From Prorocentrum cordatum (Eukaryota), in the NCBI GenBank assembly GCA_963575745.1, contig CAUYUJ010000225.1:806001-870000 (forward strand): a stretch of DNA of 64,000 nt, read 5' to 3'. The notes beneath the pieces are model-generated. The model was not told where the DNA came from, did not search any database, and worked only from the letters and a program-made list of their open reading frames with translations. A program made the position numbers and the translations under genes. Below are positions 12,783 through 26,064 of the stretch, piece after piece (position 1 is the stretch's first letter; every line of letters starts with the position of its first letter).

Positions 12783-14188
12783 AAATATGAAGGCGTTTCT
12801 TTATGTTCGGCGATGACCGGCGTCATGGGGGGGGGAGGGCGGAGGGGGGTATGACGTGACGCCCCCCCCCCGCCGTGTGGCTCCGGCACAACAGCCGCGC
12901 CCGCGCGCACGACGCGACGAGCGACGAGCGACGACCGAAGACGACGCGAGCAGCATGTAAGTGGCGATCTGCCCATTGCGCCTGTGTGCACCACAACGCT
13001 CGCGTGCACCACACCGCGCGTGTGCACCACAGCGCCTGCGTACACCGCAACAGCCGTGTGCAACGCACCGCCCGCGTATACCACAATACTTGGGAGCACT
13101 ACAGCGCCGGTGTACATACACCGCAGCAGCCATGTGCAACACAACGCCTGTGTACACCACAGTGCTTGCGTGCACCGCAGCGCCTGTGCACGCCACAACG
13201 CTTGTCTACACCACAGCATCCGCGTGCAACGCAACGCTGGTGTACACCACAGTGCCTGCGTGCATAGGACAGGTAGAAGGAGCATGTACGTCAGGATCTG
13301 ATGCGGACAACTAAACGCCACGCCAGGAAAGTTCTGATAATCGAATGCGATGTTTTTTCCTCCTCCCTCCTCTTCCTCCTCCTCCTCCTCCTCCTCCTCC
13401 TCCTCCTCCTCGTCCTCCTCGTCCTCCTTTTTCTCCTTCTTACCCCCTGTCGTGCGGCTTGGCGGTACAACGCACGTGCGCATCTCAGCGTGCACCGCAG
13501 AATGGTCGATTGAATCGGGCCACTTGGTTCTCGGACGGCCAGTTTAGCTGGAGCCTCCTGGACGCAAATGGGAGTTAGGGTGATGCGGGCGGACTCGGGG
13601 GCACGGCTGATGTGGTGTACGGAGGCGCCGCGGTGTACACAGGAGCTGCTGTGCCCGCAGGCACGGTGGCACAAACTGACGCTGTGTTGCACGCGGCTGC
13701 TGTGGTGTACATCGGCGGTGTGGTGTACACAGGCGCTGTGGTGCACGCGGGCACTGTGATGTACACAGGCGTTGTGGTGCATATCGCCACCTACATGTTC
13801 GTGCTACCCGTCATCCGTCATTCACCATTCCCAAACGCCGCCGGCGCGAAACGTGGCGTCATCGACCCCCCCCCCCACACATGATTGCCGTCATCGGTCT
13901 GGACTCAAAAACAGGTTTCAGCCGCGTCCTCGCGCACGACGACGATGAGCGACGAGCGACGAACCACGAGCGACGACAACGAACGACGACGACAACGACG
14001 ACGACGACGACTGCGGACCAGACACCTATGCGGATTCCTACGCGGACACCTACGCGGATCCCAATGCGCACGGCGGCAGTGCCCGGAGCGCACTGGGGGG
14101 GGAGCGTTACGTCATAGGGGGGGGGAGGGGGGGAGCGGGGGCCATGACGCCCGTCATGCCCCAAGCAATAAAGAAATGGCCTCTATTT
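12783..14188. mobile_element. Foldback / long-inverted-repeat non-autonomous element with 18-bp internal subrepeats
   Basis: Left end gaaggcgtttctttatgttcggcgatgaccggcgtcatgg matches the reverse complement of the right end. The 18-bp repeat tracts (tgcaccacagcgcctgtg) at 12953-13265 and 13605-13800 are inverted relative to each other. A (CCT)n spacer lies in the centre. Confidence 0.7.
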
Positions 14189-14479
14189 AGTTTCACGGAT
14201 GGAGAGCGGTTCCTTTGTCAAAATGTTAGCCAGCGTGGACCCCAACTAATAATGTCTTGTAACCTATGTGGTGCAATCTAGACGTCTAGGTGGTGCAATC
14301 AACGTGGTGCAATCTAGGTGGTGCAACCCAGGTGGTGCAATCTGTTTGGTACAGAGTCACTTGTGGAACTCGCAGTTGTCAAGTCCACTGCTCGCGCAAT
14401 CATCCCACACACCCACCCACAATTTGTTTTGCAAAACACAGGCGGCAGCGATTGCGATGAGTGCTTGTTGGCTCAACGC

Positions 14480-15030
14480 GGATCATACCCACCCCGCACG
14501 CGCGAAAGGGCATTCGAATGATTTCGACATGCGGCGCGTGAAACCCAGAGCGCGAGCGCAGGCTGATGTTGCGAAACCATATGGTTTGATTTGTTTGCTG
14601 GACGCTCGATTTCGGAAGCTTTGCTGTTTGCTGGACGCTTTTTGCTGTTTGCTGGATGCTCGAATAGCTTTTACGAAACCTGAAGTGTTTGACGGATTTC
14701 GGCATGCGCGCGCGTCGACGCGCGCGTGCGCACTTCGTCCCATATGCTGCAGACGGTTATTGCGGCAGCACGCACGCAAGGGCGCTCGAACGATTTCGAC
14801 ATGCGCACGCGCGAAGCCCGTTTTAGTAGCATGATGCGGACATCTTGAAACAAAACAATGATTTTCTTAGGAATTCACAAGAACGTGGGCACAAACTTTG
14901 TTTGAAAATCCGTGTTGCGAAACCATGTGTTATCATGTGTTGTCGGGACACTCGATTTGGAAATCCTTACGCAACCGAGTGTTCTTAAAAAAATCCGGCA
15001 TGCGCGCGCGACGACGCGCGCGTGTCCAAT
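14480..15030. repeat. Diverged duplicated blocks containing the palindrome gcgcgcgtcgacgcgcgc
   Basis: 14567-14730 resembles 14913-15026; 14495-14540 resembles 14770-14815. Confidence 0.65.
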
Positions 15031-15237
15031 TGAAAACTGCTGATTTTTTATCAACGAATGTGCGCCAGGGATGAGGGGGGTCGATACCGTGATCGCCTGA
15101 AATGATATGAAATCATATTACAAATGAGCGATGGGGCAGAATCATGTGTAAATTGCGATACGAAAAGGTGACCCGTTAACTCCAGGGGCGGGGGGGGGGG
15201 GGCGGGATAGATCCGAACACATTTTCAGAAAGGAGAA

Positions 15238-15710
15238 CCAATGCAAAGCGACGCAGCGCAATACAACGCAAAGTAATGCAACGCAATGCAAAGCAACGCA
15301 ATGCAATGCGAAGCACCGCAAAACAATACCAAGCAATTCATAGCAACGCAAAGCAACGCCACGCAATAATGCAACGCAACGCAACGCAAAGCAACACGCA
15401 AATCAATGCACATAAGCGCAAGAGAATGCAAAGCAATGCAAAGTAAAACAATGCAACACAATGCGCGACAACGCAGAACATTGCAACGCAATGCGCAGCA
15501 ACGCAACATAACGCAAACCAGCGAAAAGCGACGCAAAGCATATGCAAGCCAAAGCAATGCAACGCAAAGCAACGCAGATCAAGGCAAAGCTAGAAAACAC
15601 AATGCAAACCAATGCACATTAATGCAAGGAGCCGCACAGCAACGCAAAGAAAACAATGCAAATCAATGACATGCCATGCAGAGCAACGCAAAGCAATGCT
15701 ATGTAATGCA
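15238..15710. repeat. (GCAAT/GCAAC/GCAAA)n pentamer microsatellite
   Basis: Degenerate 5-bp periodicity. Confidence 0.9.
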
Positions 15711-15715
15711 GGCGC

Positions 15716-15920
15716 AGACGGCGACGGGGCGGCGACGGCGACCACACAGTCGCCAGTCTGACGAGCAGGCCCAGAGCGACGGGGCGGCGACGGCGACCGC
15801 ATAATTAGCCGCCAGACCGACGGGCAGGCCCAGAAAACGGGCGGCTAAAAGGCGGCGACGGGGCGGCGACGGGGCGGCGACGGCGACTACACAGCCGCCA
15901 GACCGACGGGCAAGCCCAGT
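15716..15920. repeat. ~55-75-bp repeats (cgacggggcggcgacggcgacc...cgccagaccgacgggcaggcccag)
   Basis: Three diverged copies. Confidence 0.75.
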
Positions 15921-16408
15921 TCCATAGAAACAAACGAGAACTCCTAAGTGCAACCGCTATTTGGGGAATGTGGTTCTCGCCTTCGCGCAGATTCGCGTTA
16001 TTCAAAGCTTCCAGCAATTCGAAAGATTCGAGGGGTTGAATTCCCAGGAATGGCGTTTCTGGCACGATGTGAATTTGTCTGGGCGCAACAGTCACGTCGA
16101 TTCGCTGCGTCGACGTCCCACCAATTCTGCCCTGGCACGATTGAGGATTGTCAGAACGCTACAAGCACGCTGACTCGCGGCACTGAATTTTCAGGAATGG
16201 TGTCCTGGCGCGAGCGAGGATTCTCAAACGTTTGTCTTCGAATGCAGCACTTACCAGGCTGCGCCTGAGACCAGACGCATACACCACTTGCAGCACCCGT
16301 CGACTGCAGCCGCTCTCCGCCGCTGGGCGTGTCGACTGAGCCTGGGGGCTGCGTCGCCTGTCATCCGATGCCTCCGGCGCCTACCCTCGAACGAAAGAGT
16401 GAACTTAC

Positions 16409-16534
16409 CGTCGGCAGTTCGCAGCTCGACTGTGCTCGACTGGGGCGGCTGACATGGTTGCAGCTAGCCGAGGAACAGCGGTATCCACTTCATTCGCAAA
16501 GGAACCATAGATCTTGAACCAGCACGGCTGCGGA
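16409..16534 (-). CDS. Candidate exon (PQPCWFKIYGSFANEVDTAVPRLAATMSAAPVEHSRAANCR)
   Basis: Preceded by a (CCT)n pyrimidine tract plus cag acceptor and followed by a G|GTAAG donor; one frame is open. Confidence 0.35.
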
Positions 16535-16539
16535 CTGAC

Positions 16540-17395
16540 GAGGAGGAGAAGGAGGATGTGGAGCAGGAGAACGGAGGAGGAGGAGCAGGAAGAGAAGAGG
16601 GGGAGGGTGGAGGAGAGAATGAGGAAAGAAAAAGAGGATGTGGAGGAAGAGGAGGAGGAGGGAGGAGGCGGAGGAGGAGGAGGAGGAAGGTAGGAGGAGG
16701 AGGAGGAGGAGGAGGAGAGGAGGGAGATAAGAGAGACGAGAAGGAGGGGGGGAGGACGAGGAAGGAAATGGGGGAGGAGCAGAACGAGGAGGAAGAACGA
16801 GGAGAAAGGAGGAGGATGATGATGAGATGAGGCGGAGGAGGAGGAGGAGGAGGTGGAGGATGAGGAGGGAGAGTTTACCGCGGCCCTCTCGGCGGGCAGG
16901 CGCGCGACGCGGTGGTGGAGCAAGGGTCGCCGCGCGTGGCGCTGCGCAACACCAGGAGGGGGGCCTGGCGGGGCCGCGGGCCGCGGGCGGGCCGCGGTAA
17001 CTCTCCACTCCTCCTCCCTCCTCCTCCTCCTCCTCCTCCTCCTCCTCCTCCTCCTCCTCCTCCTCCTCCTCCTCCTCCTCCTCCCCTCCTCCTTCCCTCC
17101 TCCTCCTCCCTCCTCCTCCTCCTCCTCCTCCTCTCCTCCTCCTCTCCTCCTCCCTCCTCCCTCCTCCTCCTCCCTCCTCCCTCCTCCCTCCTCCTCCTCC
17201 TCCTCCCTCCCTCCCTCCTCCTCTCCTCCCTCCACTCCCTCCTCCCTCCTCCCTCCTCCCTCCTCCCTCCTCTCCTCCCTCCTCCTCCTCCTCCCTCCTC
17301 CTCCTCCTCCTCCTCCTCCTCCTCCTTCTCCTCCTCCTCCTCCTCCTGCCCCGTTTCCCTCCTCGTCCCCCTCCCCCTCCTCCTCTCTCTCCCTC
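16540..17395. repeat. Opposed (GGA)n and (CCT)n tracts
   Basis: GGA-rich 16540-16870 and CCT-rich 17005-17395. Confidence 0.92.
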
Positions 17396-17597
17396 CGCGA
17401 TCCCCGAGGCGCGGCCTGCCGACTGCGCACAACTCCCCTCTGGGCACCTCCGCGATCGACCTGCACCGGCAGGGCACCTCCAGGAACCCGTAGCCGAACG
17501 CGTCCGCCGCCCTCCCCCTCCTCCTCCTCCTTCTCCTCCTCTCCCCTCCTCCGGCCACTCCCAGGGGCGGGGCGCGGGCTGAGGCCCGCGGGCGCTC

Positions 17598-17639
17598 CTC
17601 CTGCATCTGCTGGCCGTAGGGCATCCACTGATTCTCGTC
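17598..17639 (-). CDS. Candidate 42-nt exon (DENQWMPYGQQMQE), reminiscent of a WWE-domain segment
   Basis: gcgcgttgcccag acceptor, in-frame 14 codons, AG|GA donor followed by a GC-rich intron-like start. Confidence 0.4.
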
Positions 17640-17721
17640 CTGGGCAACGCGCGCGGGGGGGGAGGCCCGGCGCGGAGCGCCGGGCGAACCGGCCGGGTGG
17701 GCCCGCTCGGGCGGGCCGGGT

Positions 17722-17722
17722 C

Positions 17723-17760
<38 letters not shown>

Positions 17761-17763
17761 GGG

Positions 17764-17823
<60 letters not shown>

Positions 17824-18078
17824 AACGACAACGACGACAACGACGAGGGGGACGAGGACATGGGGAACAAGGACGAGGACGAGGACGAGGTCGAGCACGA
17901 GGACGACGACGACGACGACAGCGGCGGCGGCAACGGCGACGGCGACGGCGACGACGACAAAGAGGACGAGGACGAGGACGCGAGAAGAATGACGCGAGGA
18001 CGAGGACACGAGGACGAGGACGAGGAAAAGGACGGGGACGAGGAAAAGGACGGGGACGAGGACGACGACGACGAAGAC
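17722..18078. repeat. (GAC)n / (GACGAG)n microsatellite
   Basis: Directly visible. Confidence 0.95.
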
Positions 18079-18661
18079 CAGGGTAGCGGTGGGGGCGTCG
18101 ATCTGAGGGCCTCCCCCGTTCCTCCCCTATTCCTCCCTCTCACAGCGGCGGCAGCAGAGGCGGCGGCAGAACAGAAACCCTGGCTCAACCACTTCCGCCG
18201 ATCGCCACAGGGCTCCACATGATGGTGATGTATGAGCATGCGATCGGGGTGCACCAGCACATGTGGGAGCGAGATGAGCTTATCGTGGAGCTGGGTGATA
18301 GAGGAGGACGGTCTGTCGGCACAATCGGCGGCTCTTACCGTCTGAAGTTTCGGGCTAAGAAATCAGACCTGGCTATCGCAGGACGTTGTCACTTTATGGT
18401 GGGGGGCCAATTTAAGACGCCCCCCCTGGGATATGCGAGGAAACGAAAGGAACGCGCGGGCGAGGTGGGGGCCAGACGAGTTCTCCAGTCCCTCCAGGGG
18501 CTGAAAGTGAGTATATTTGATGGCTCTACTTCTGATCAGCAATCCCCCAAACTCGTTGTCCAAAGCCTGCTCTGTCACTGACACTTCCTCCGATCAAGCC
18601 CTGAAAACAAGTCAAACTCCTCATCCCGAGAAAACACCAAAGCAACTGGATCCCTGGTCAT

Positions 18662-21600
18662 CATGGGGGGCAGAGCCTTGCTAGCGCATCCGCAAGGCCG
18701 CGCCAGATGGCGCGAGAGGGAGGCGCAGGTGGCGGTCCGTAGCTCTCAGGTCACCAGACAAAGCGCAGGGCATAGGCTGCACCGTGGCATTGCCCACCAC
18801 TGCTGCTCGAATTCGGGAGATCGGTGGCGGAAGCAGATCGGACCTCTCGCGGTGCAGCGTGCCAGCAGCAGAAGTGCAAGGCGCTCGCTGACTCCAAAGT
18901 TCCTGAACTGGCATCGCAGCGCGTTGCAGGGGTCAGACCAGCAGTGCCAAGGTGGGGCAGGAGCTTAAGAGAGTCCAGCAGAAGTTGGCGCAGCTCGGGT
19001 CTCAAATTGCCAGAGCTCCCTCCAGGTCCGAGGAGGCGATGGAGGTGGACGACGGCGGCGCGGGCCTCGACGGCGGCGGCGGCAGCAGGAAGCAGCCGGC
19101 GGAGATTTCCGCCAGCATCGGCGGAGATTTCCGCCAGCATCGAGACCATCAGAGATGTCAACGCGGCGGAGGTGCAGAAGGCGCGCGCGAAGCTTGGAGC
19201 GGCAGAGCACGTTGCGATGGAAGTTGGCGGCAGCCAAGCGCCGCTCGACATGAGACATGAGGACATGTCTTTCCTGCGCGCCAAGCTTGAGAAGGAAGCG
19301 GAGCGCCAGGGGGGCCAACGCTCAGGTCCTCCAGGAGACGGCGCCTGCAGACCAGCAGGCGGCGGCGGAGGCGCAGCGCGCGCTGGGTGACGCCGGGAAG
19401 GAGCGGCTCGAGCTGGAAGGGCCCAGGCGCGAGCTGGTGGCGAATGCGCCGTTGCCACCAGGATCAGGAGGGAAAAAACACACAGACACAATGAATCGTC
19501 GATCCCCCGGAAAATATGGGAAACTATGGCACAAATGGGGGGGAAGACAAAAACCCCGAAAATACTGGGAAACACGGGGAGTATTCTTATTCGTGTGTAT
19601 TTGTTTGTGTGTCCCAGGGCCCCTTCACAGGAGGACGGCGCGGCAAGCCTCAGCAGCTGCGGCAGGTGCTCGGGGCGGCCGCGGGCCCGTCGGCCGAGTG
19701 CCTGGGCGAGCCCGCGGCAGGGCGCAGGGGCCCCCAGGGAGGCGCGGCGAAGAGGGTGCGCGAGGTGCTCGGGGAGGGGCGCGCGGCCGAGAACCAGGCG
19801 GACCAGAGGCGGGCACGGGCAGCCTCCTCCTCCTCCTCCTCCTCCTCCTCCTCCCCCTCCTCCTCCTCCTCCTCCTCCCCCTCCTCCTCCTCCTCCTCCC
19901 CCTCCTCCTCCTCCTCCTCCTCCTCCCCCTCCTCCTCCTCCCCCTACTCACCCTCCTCCTCCAGGGGCGCCAAAGGGGGGGCCATTCGCGCGCCGCTGAG
20001 GCACCAGCAGCGGGATCTCCAAGGGCAGGCGGTCCAGGGGCGGGGGCGCACAGCGGTGCTCCAGCGGCGCGTGGTCCTGGAGCGGCCCCAGCGGCAGGTG
20101 GCCCTGGGGCGGCCGCAAGCGCTGGCGCCGCAGCGGGGTGAGGCTGGGTTCCTCGGCACGCGGATGACCCAAGGGTGCTCACGGGATTTCCCAGGTCAGT
20201 CAACATCGGAGTTCCCGACACGGAGGAGCAGCTCCGCGATGAGGCGAGGAGGGCAAGCGATCAGATCGGGAGGTTTGCTAAGAGGGCTCGCGTCGACCCC
20301 GACGCATGCATCTAGGTGGTTGAGATCTTTGTTCAGAACGATGCGCATCATTAGGTGTATAATGATGGTGAACGTTCCGACCGCTAATGCTACGGTGCAT
20401 GGGCCACTGGCGAAGCTGTTGATATCGAAAGCATCGTCCCTAGCGAGAACGTCCATGGTGATGTGTGTCCAAGAACATCAATTGAGTGCCAAGCTCCCAA
20501 ATTTCCAGGCTCGGACACCAGCTGCGGGATACTATGCAATATAGGCGAAGGCGTCTGGCACGGAAGGGAGTGGCACGAGTGGTGGAGGCGCGATACTGGC
20601 TCCAAGGCGTTCAGATGGAGCCAGGGTATTTTTTGACGTGGGCGTCTGCGATTGGAGGAGTAGTGTCAGCGCCGTCGTCGGTGGCATGTACCCAGAGTGT
20701 GCTCTCTACGATCATTGACTATCTGGTAATGAGTGCTAGCTTAGCTATCATGACAGAAGGCGATGACATCGACATTGCGCCTCCAAATCAGTCGGCATCA
20801 CCATTGTGGGGGTGAACACGACTCTGTGGTGTTGGATGCCTTGCCAGCCGAGAAAGTTTCCTAGGGTGGCGAAACCTGGTCGTGCTAGGTACGCATGGCA
20901 ATGGCCAGAGCTTCACAGCAGAACTGAGTCGGCCAAGAACGGCGAGGACCTCGGCAGCTTCTAGAATAGATGTTTTCAGCAGGGAGCTGACTATGAGATT
21001 CTGGACAGGCATGCCATCTTGGAACCAGAACAAGCCAAGTTTGGAAGTCGGTCAGGCCCGAGCGAGCTGAGGAGGAAGAAATTACAGTTTGAGTTGAGGC
21101 AACGTGTCCAGCCATCGACAGAGCAAGCAACACGGAAGATAACGGCCAAATGGCACCGACACCTGCGGTCAGTGGGCGCGGTCTTGCACAGCTACATCCC
21201 GAGGCTCGAGGTAGACGACGGCGACCAGGACAGAGAGGTACAGCAGAGTGGCCACGGTGCTGCTCGAGGTGGGAGCGCTTCTTCGGCCGCGTGAGCAGGC
21301 TGGAGTGGGTGCAGAATTGCCTGGACAGTTTGACGAGTCGTTTTTTCTTTTCAGAGCTCGGCTAAGGTCTCTATGAGACCCGGCTTCCTCAGAACTGATC
21401 GAGGATTCTGGACATGTCGGCCCAGCGTGAGGCGGAGCATCTCGTGGCCAGCAGCGAGGAGCGGCAGAACTGGGTCAGGGGTGCCTGTTGGGGGAGGGGC
21501 CCGAGGCGCCGGCAGGTTCACAAAGGCTGGAGCGATCCTGAAGATCATCGGAGCCCGGGAGCGAGCCCAGGCCCTCGGGTTAGCGGACGCGGTTGTCTCG

Positions 21601-23570
21601 GGGTGGGTGGGCTGTTTGGGTCGCGCGCGGCTGTGGACAGCCAGAGCTTTCTGGGGGCGCTCCTGAGTGGGGCCCCCTCCCACCTATCGCCCTAGCCGAC
21701 TTGAGATCTGCCGCTTCGAAGTTTCCAGTGAAGCGGCTGTAGGGCCCTGTCAAATATATCCTCGGCCGCTCATGTATCAGTCGGACGAGGCTCTCTTTGC
21801 CTTGATGGCGTTGCTGTTGCTGCATCGGCGTGACATGTTTGAGGTGGTCATCCCAGAGGTTGGTTTCCCGGCTCATCAGGCAAGGCGAGCCTGGCGGAGG
21901 CCACCGCGTGATAGCGCTCCTGGGCTCCCGCATCAGAGTTTGGAGCAGGGCGAGGCGCTTAGTTTCAGAGCGCTTGGGGCTGGCCAGCAGAACGGAGGAG
22001 CCCTGGGGGAGCGGGAAGGGTCGGAGCTCGAGTGGTTCAGCGTTCTATTTCAGCTTGTCAGCAGAGATTGTTAGGGCCGAGGATGCCGATTCAGTGCGTC
22101 GCTTGACGTGGCTAAGTGCTATGACCCCATCAAGCTGATCGAACTGCTCCAGATGCTTATGCAGGTTAACTTTGCTCTCCGCCTAGGGCGGGCGTTAGTG
22201 CAATGCTGCATGGCCCCAGAAGAGTAGATGGTTTGGGGGGCCTCTCAGAGGCACGCGTTTCTTTTTTCAGGGCATCTTGGCGGGGGGGGCACAGGCCTGC
22301 GCCGCGATGCTGGCGGTCCTGCTGGTCCCTGTGCGTGAAACTGCTCGTGCAATCCCCAGCATAGAGATACGCGTCCTCATGGGCGACATATCTTTGCAGT
22401 AGGATGTGGAAGAAGCCACTAGATCCGAGGGTACTGTTGAGGCTGAGAGGCTGCACCATAAGAAGCAAAGCCCACGGGTCTTCTGCCACAGCCGAGCAAG
22501 TCAGGACAACTCGCTCACTCGACTGCTTCGGAGAAGCGGGTCGTCACATGCGGAATGCCGGTCACGACTTGCACGGACGGAGAGTCCAATGCAGGATAAC
22601 AAAACGCCGCACGCGGCAGCTGCAGCCTCGCCGCGAGAAGCTCCGAATCCTCAGCGGGACTCCCGGCGCCAGGGTCGCGGCGCCCTCGAGGACTGGGCTC
22701 GTGCCCAACGGAGGTCACGGGGCCGCCGTCTCAGGCGCGTCGGATTCAACTCTACACGTCGTTCATTTGCAGTCGTGCTCATTTATAATTGTGCTCGGTT
22801 CTAGTTGTTCCTGGCGCCCTAATGGCCAGGAAGAGGCCCAGGATAAAAACAATTAGAAATGAAAAGATCCTGACCCTCCAAAAATCAAAGAACTTTCGAA
22901 GAATTAGAAATGAACAATGTGTAGGTCGTCTGAGGGCGACGGCTGCGGAGCTGATGGGTACTAGAGGTCGCGCTCACGCCACTCATTACCTTAGTGCCCA
23001 CAAGGATCCCAGCTACGACCCCGCGGGGAACGACACATTCCCCAATCTTTGTTCGGTACTGCTGCTGGGCCTGGGACGAAAGGGCTGGGGACTCCCGTCT
23101 GAGAAAAGCCTGGGACCTGGCCAGTCAGCTGCTGTCTCAGAGGCCCCAGCGGATCCTGGCCCGAAGGCCCGCGGGCGCCGTTTCTTGAGCTTACAAAGGG
23201 TAGATTGGCAACTGGCAGGGCCGCACCTGATCCAGACAGACAAGGGAGACGTGGTCAGTCGTCTTCGGCCCTCACCCTGCGACAGCAGGTTGCGGCTGAG
23301 GGAAGGCATCACGCGAGCCCAAACGCAGCAAGCTTGGGCATGGACTCCCGAAGCGGACGGAACTGAACACGTGTGTGATCGAGCCTTCGGTGCGCAACTG
23401 GGCTCAACTCGGTAAAAGACCATGTGCACAAGGGAACGCTACAAGCTTTGATTGCAGGGAGACCCTGGCCGCCTGCCAGATCGTTCCAAACAGTTTTGCC
23501 TAACACACTTCGGTCTGACTGTCTGTGCGTGAGAGGCTTGTGCAGGTACAGGCACGCTCCACCCACCTTA
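18662..23570 (+). mobile_element. Heavily degraded APE-RT LINE, related to the 43.9-50.2 kb element
   Basis: Coiled-coil ORF1-like remnants (18.8-19.45 kb); APE motifs TANAT...VMCVQEH (about 20380-20480) and STIIDYLV (about 20705-20730); RT motifs GGHRVIALLGSRIRVWSRARR (about 21895-21957) and LDVAKCYD (about 22102-22125); downstream HKDPSYDP and GTLQALIAGRPWPPAR..C (about 23430-23560) parallel the intact copy's KGCLRRLASWASWPQAR. Many stops and frameshifts. Confidence 0.8.
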
Positions 23571-23671
23571 TCTGGAGTGAGTAAGCGCGCTGGCTCCTTC
23601 TCTCCGCCGAGGCTCGCGCCTCCTCTGCCCTTGCGGGCGTCGTTTGATTCAGGCGGCGCTTCGCTGCTCGC

Positions 23672-23738
23672 TCATCATCATCCTCCTCCTCATCATCATC
23701 AGCAGCATCAGCATCAGCATCAGCATCCTCGTCATCAG

Positions 23739-23797
<59 letters not shown>

Positions 23798-24899
23798 ACA
23801 TCAGCATCAGCATCAGCATCAGCATCGGCATCATCATCGTCGTTATCTGTATTACCATCGTTATCATCATCCTCATCATCCTCATCCACCAGCTATCATC
23901 ATACACCACCAGCATCATCATCCGCACTACCATCACCAACACTATCGCCATCATCGTCATGACAAGTGTCGCCATCATCCGTCGTCGTCATCATCATCAT
24001 CATCACCATCACCATCATCAGCATCATCATCATTATCAGCATCGTCATCACCATAGTCATCAGCGTCAGCATCATCATCAGCAGCAGCAGCATCATCAGC
24101 ATGAGCATCAACATCATCATCGTCGTTACCTTTATTACCATCGTTATCTTCATCATCACCATCCTCATTCACCCGCTATTATCATACACCACCAGCATCA
24201 TCATCCGCACTACTACCACCAACACTGTCACCATCATCGTCATGACAAGTGTCGCCATCATCCGTCGTCGTCGTCGCCGTCATCATCGTCATCACCATCA
24301 TCAGCATCATCATCAGCATCATCACCATAGTCATCAGCGTCAGCATCATCATCAGCATCATCAGCAACATCATCAGCATGAGCATCAGCATCGTCATCAT
24401 CGTCGTTATCTGTATTACCATCGTTATCATCATCCTCATCATCCTCATCCACCAACGGTCATCATACACCACCAGCATCATCATCCGCACTACTATCACC
24501 AACACTATCACCATCATCGTCATGACAAGTGTCGCCATCATCCATCGTCATCATCATCATCACCATCACCATCATCAGCATCATCATCATCATTATCAGC
24601 ATCGTCATCATCATAGTCATCAGCGTCAGCATCATCATCAGCAGCAGCATCATCAGCATGAGCATCAACATCATCATCGTCGTTACCTTTATTACCATCG
24701 TTACCTTCATCATCACCATCCTCATTCACCCGCTATTATCATACACCACCAGCATCATCATCCGCACTACTACCACCAACACTGTCACCATCATCGTCAT
24801 GACAAGTGTCGCCATCATCCGTCGTCGTCGTCGCCGTCATGATCGTCATCACCATCATCAGCATCATCATCAGCATCATCATCACCATAGTCATCAGCG

Positions 24900-24944
<45 letters not shown>

Positions 24945-25512
24945 GCAGCATTATCAGCATGAGCATCAGCATCGTCATCATCGTCGTTATCTGTATTACC
25001 ATCGTTATCATCATCCTCATCATCCTCATCCACCAGCGGTCATCATACACCACCAGCATCATCATCCGCACTACTATCACCAACACTATCACCATCATCG
25101 TCATGACAAGTGTCGCCATCATCCGTCGTCGCCGCCATCATCACCATCATCACCACCATCACCATCATCAGCATCATCATTATCATGGTCGTCATCACCA
25201 CAGCCACCAGCGTTAAATGTTTCATCATCAGCAGCATCATCAGCATGATAATCAGCATCATCATCGTCGTTATTTGTATTACCATCGTTTTCATCAACCT
25301 CATCATCCTCATTCACCCGCTATTATCATACACCACCAGCATCATCATCCGCACTACTACCACCAACACTGTCACCATCATCGTCATGACAAGTGTCGCC
25401 ATCATCCGTCGTCGTCGTCGCCGTCATCATCATCCTCACCATCATCAGCATCATCATCACCATAGTCATCAGCGTCAGCATCATCATCATCAGCAGCACC
25501 ATCAGCATTACA
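23672..25512. repeat. (CAT)n-derived minisatellite with ~280-bp units in alternating A/B variants
   Basis: The anchor catcgtcatgacaagtgtcgccatcatcc recurs six times at about 280-300-bp spacing. Confidence 0.93.
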
Positions 25513-25851
25513 TCCCCAGGCCGAAAGTTTTTCCTCTTGCATGGGAACGCATGGATCCATTTGGATCCAATTACGTGTGTGCGAGAATCACGTGGATCCA
25601 ATTTCCATGCTTTATGGATCAATTTGTTTTGGCGTGGAAGCTTCGTGGATCTAATTCTTTTGCTGGAATAAATGTATAAAAATGAATAATACGAAATGGA
25701 TCCACGGAGCCTTGGACCTGCAGCCCAAGCTATGATTCTACAGGGGAGGGGCTTCCCTACCGAGGAGGGAGGCGGACGAGGAGGGAGGACGGAAGAGGCG
25801 GATGAGGGAGGAGGGAGGAAGCGGGAAAACGACCGCGGTGCCCAAGTCGGG

Positions 25852-26017
25852 AGCTCGAGCGCCACAGCGGGCCTGGCCACCTCTCCGAACCCCTCCCATA
25901 ACATGTCGTTGCTCGAGCGCCACAGCTGCCCCGGCCAACTCCCGCAGCCTCCATAACATGTGGGTGCTCGAGCGCCACAGCGGGCCTGGCCAACTCCCGC
26001 AGCCTCCCATAACATAT
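25852..26017. repeat. ~57-bp tandem repeat x3 (gctcgagcgccacagcgggcctggccaactcccgcagcctcccataacat)
   Basis: Three visible copies. Confidence 0.85.
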
Positions 26018-26064
26018 GCCGCACCCCACCTCGACGCGAGCGCGATATGATCGCTGCGTGCGCA

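Noticed and set aside
16405..18260. Long ORFs rich in poly-E/G/R/P/V
   Set aside because: They are products of (GGA)n, (CCT)n and (GAC)n tracts.
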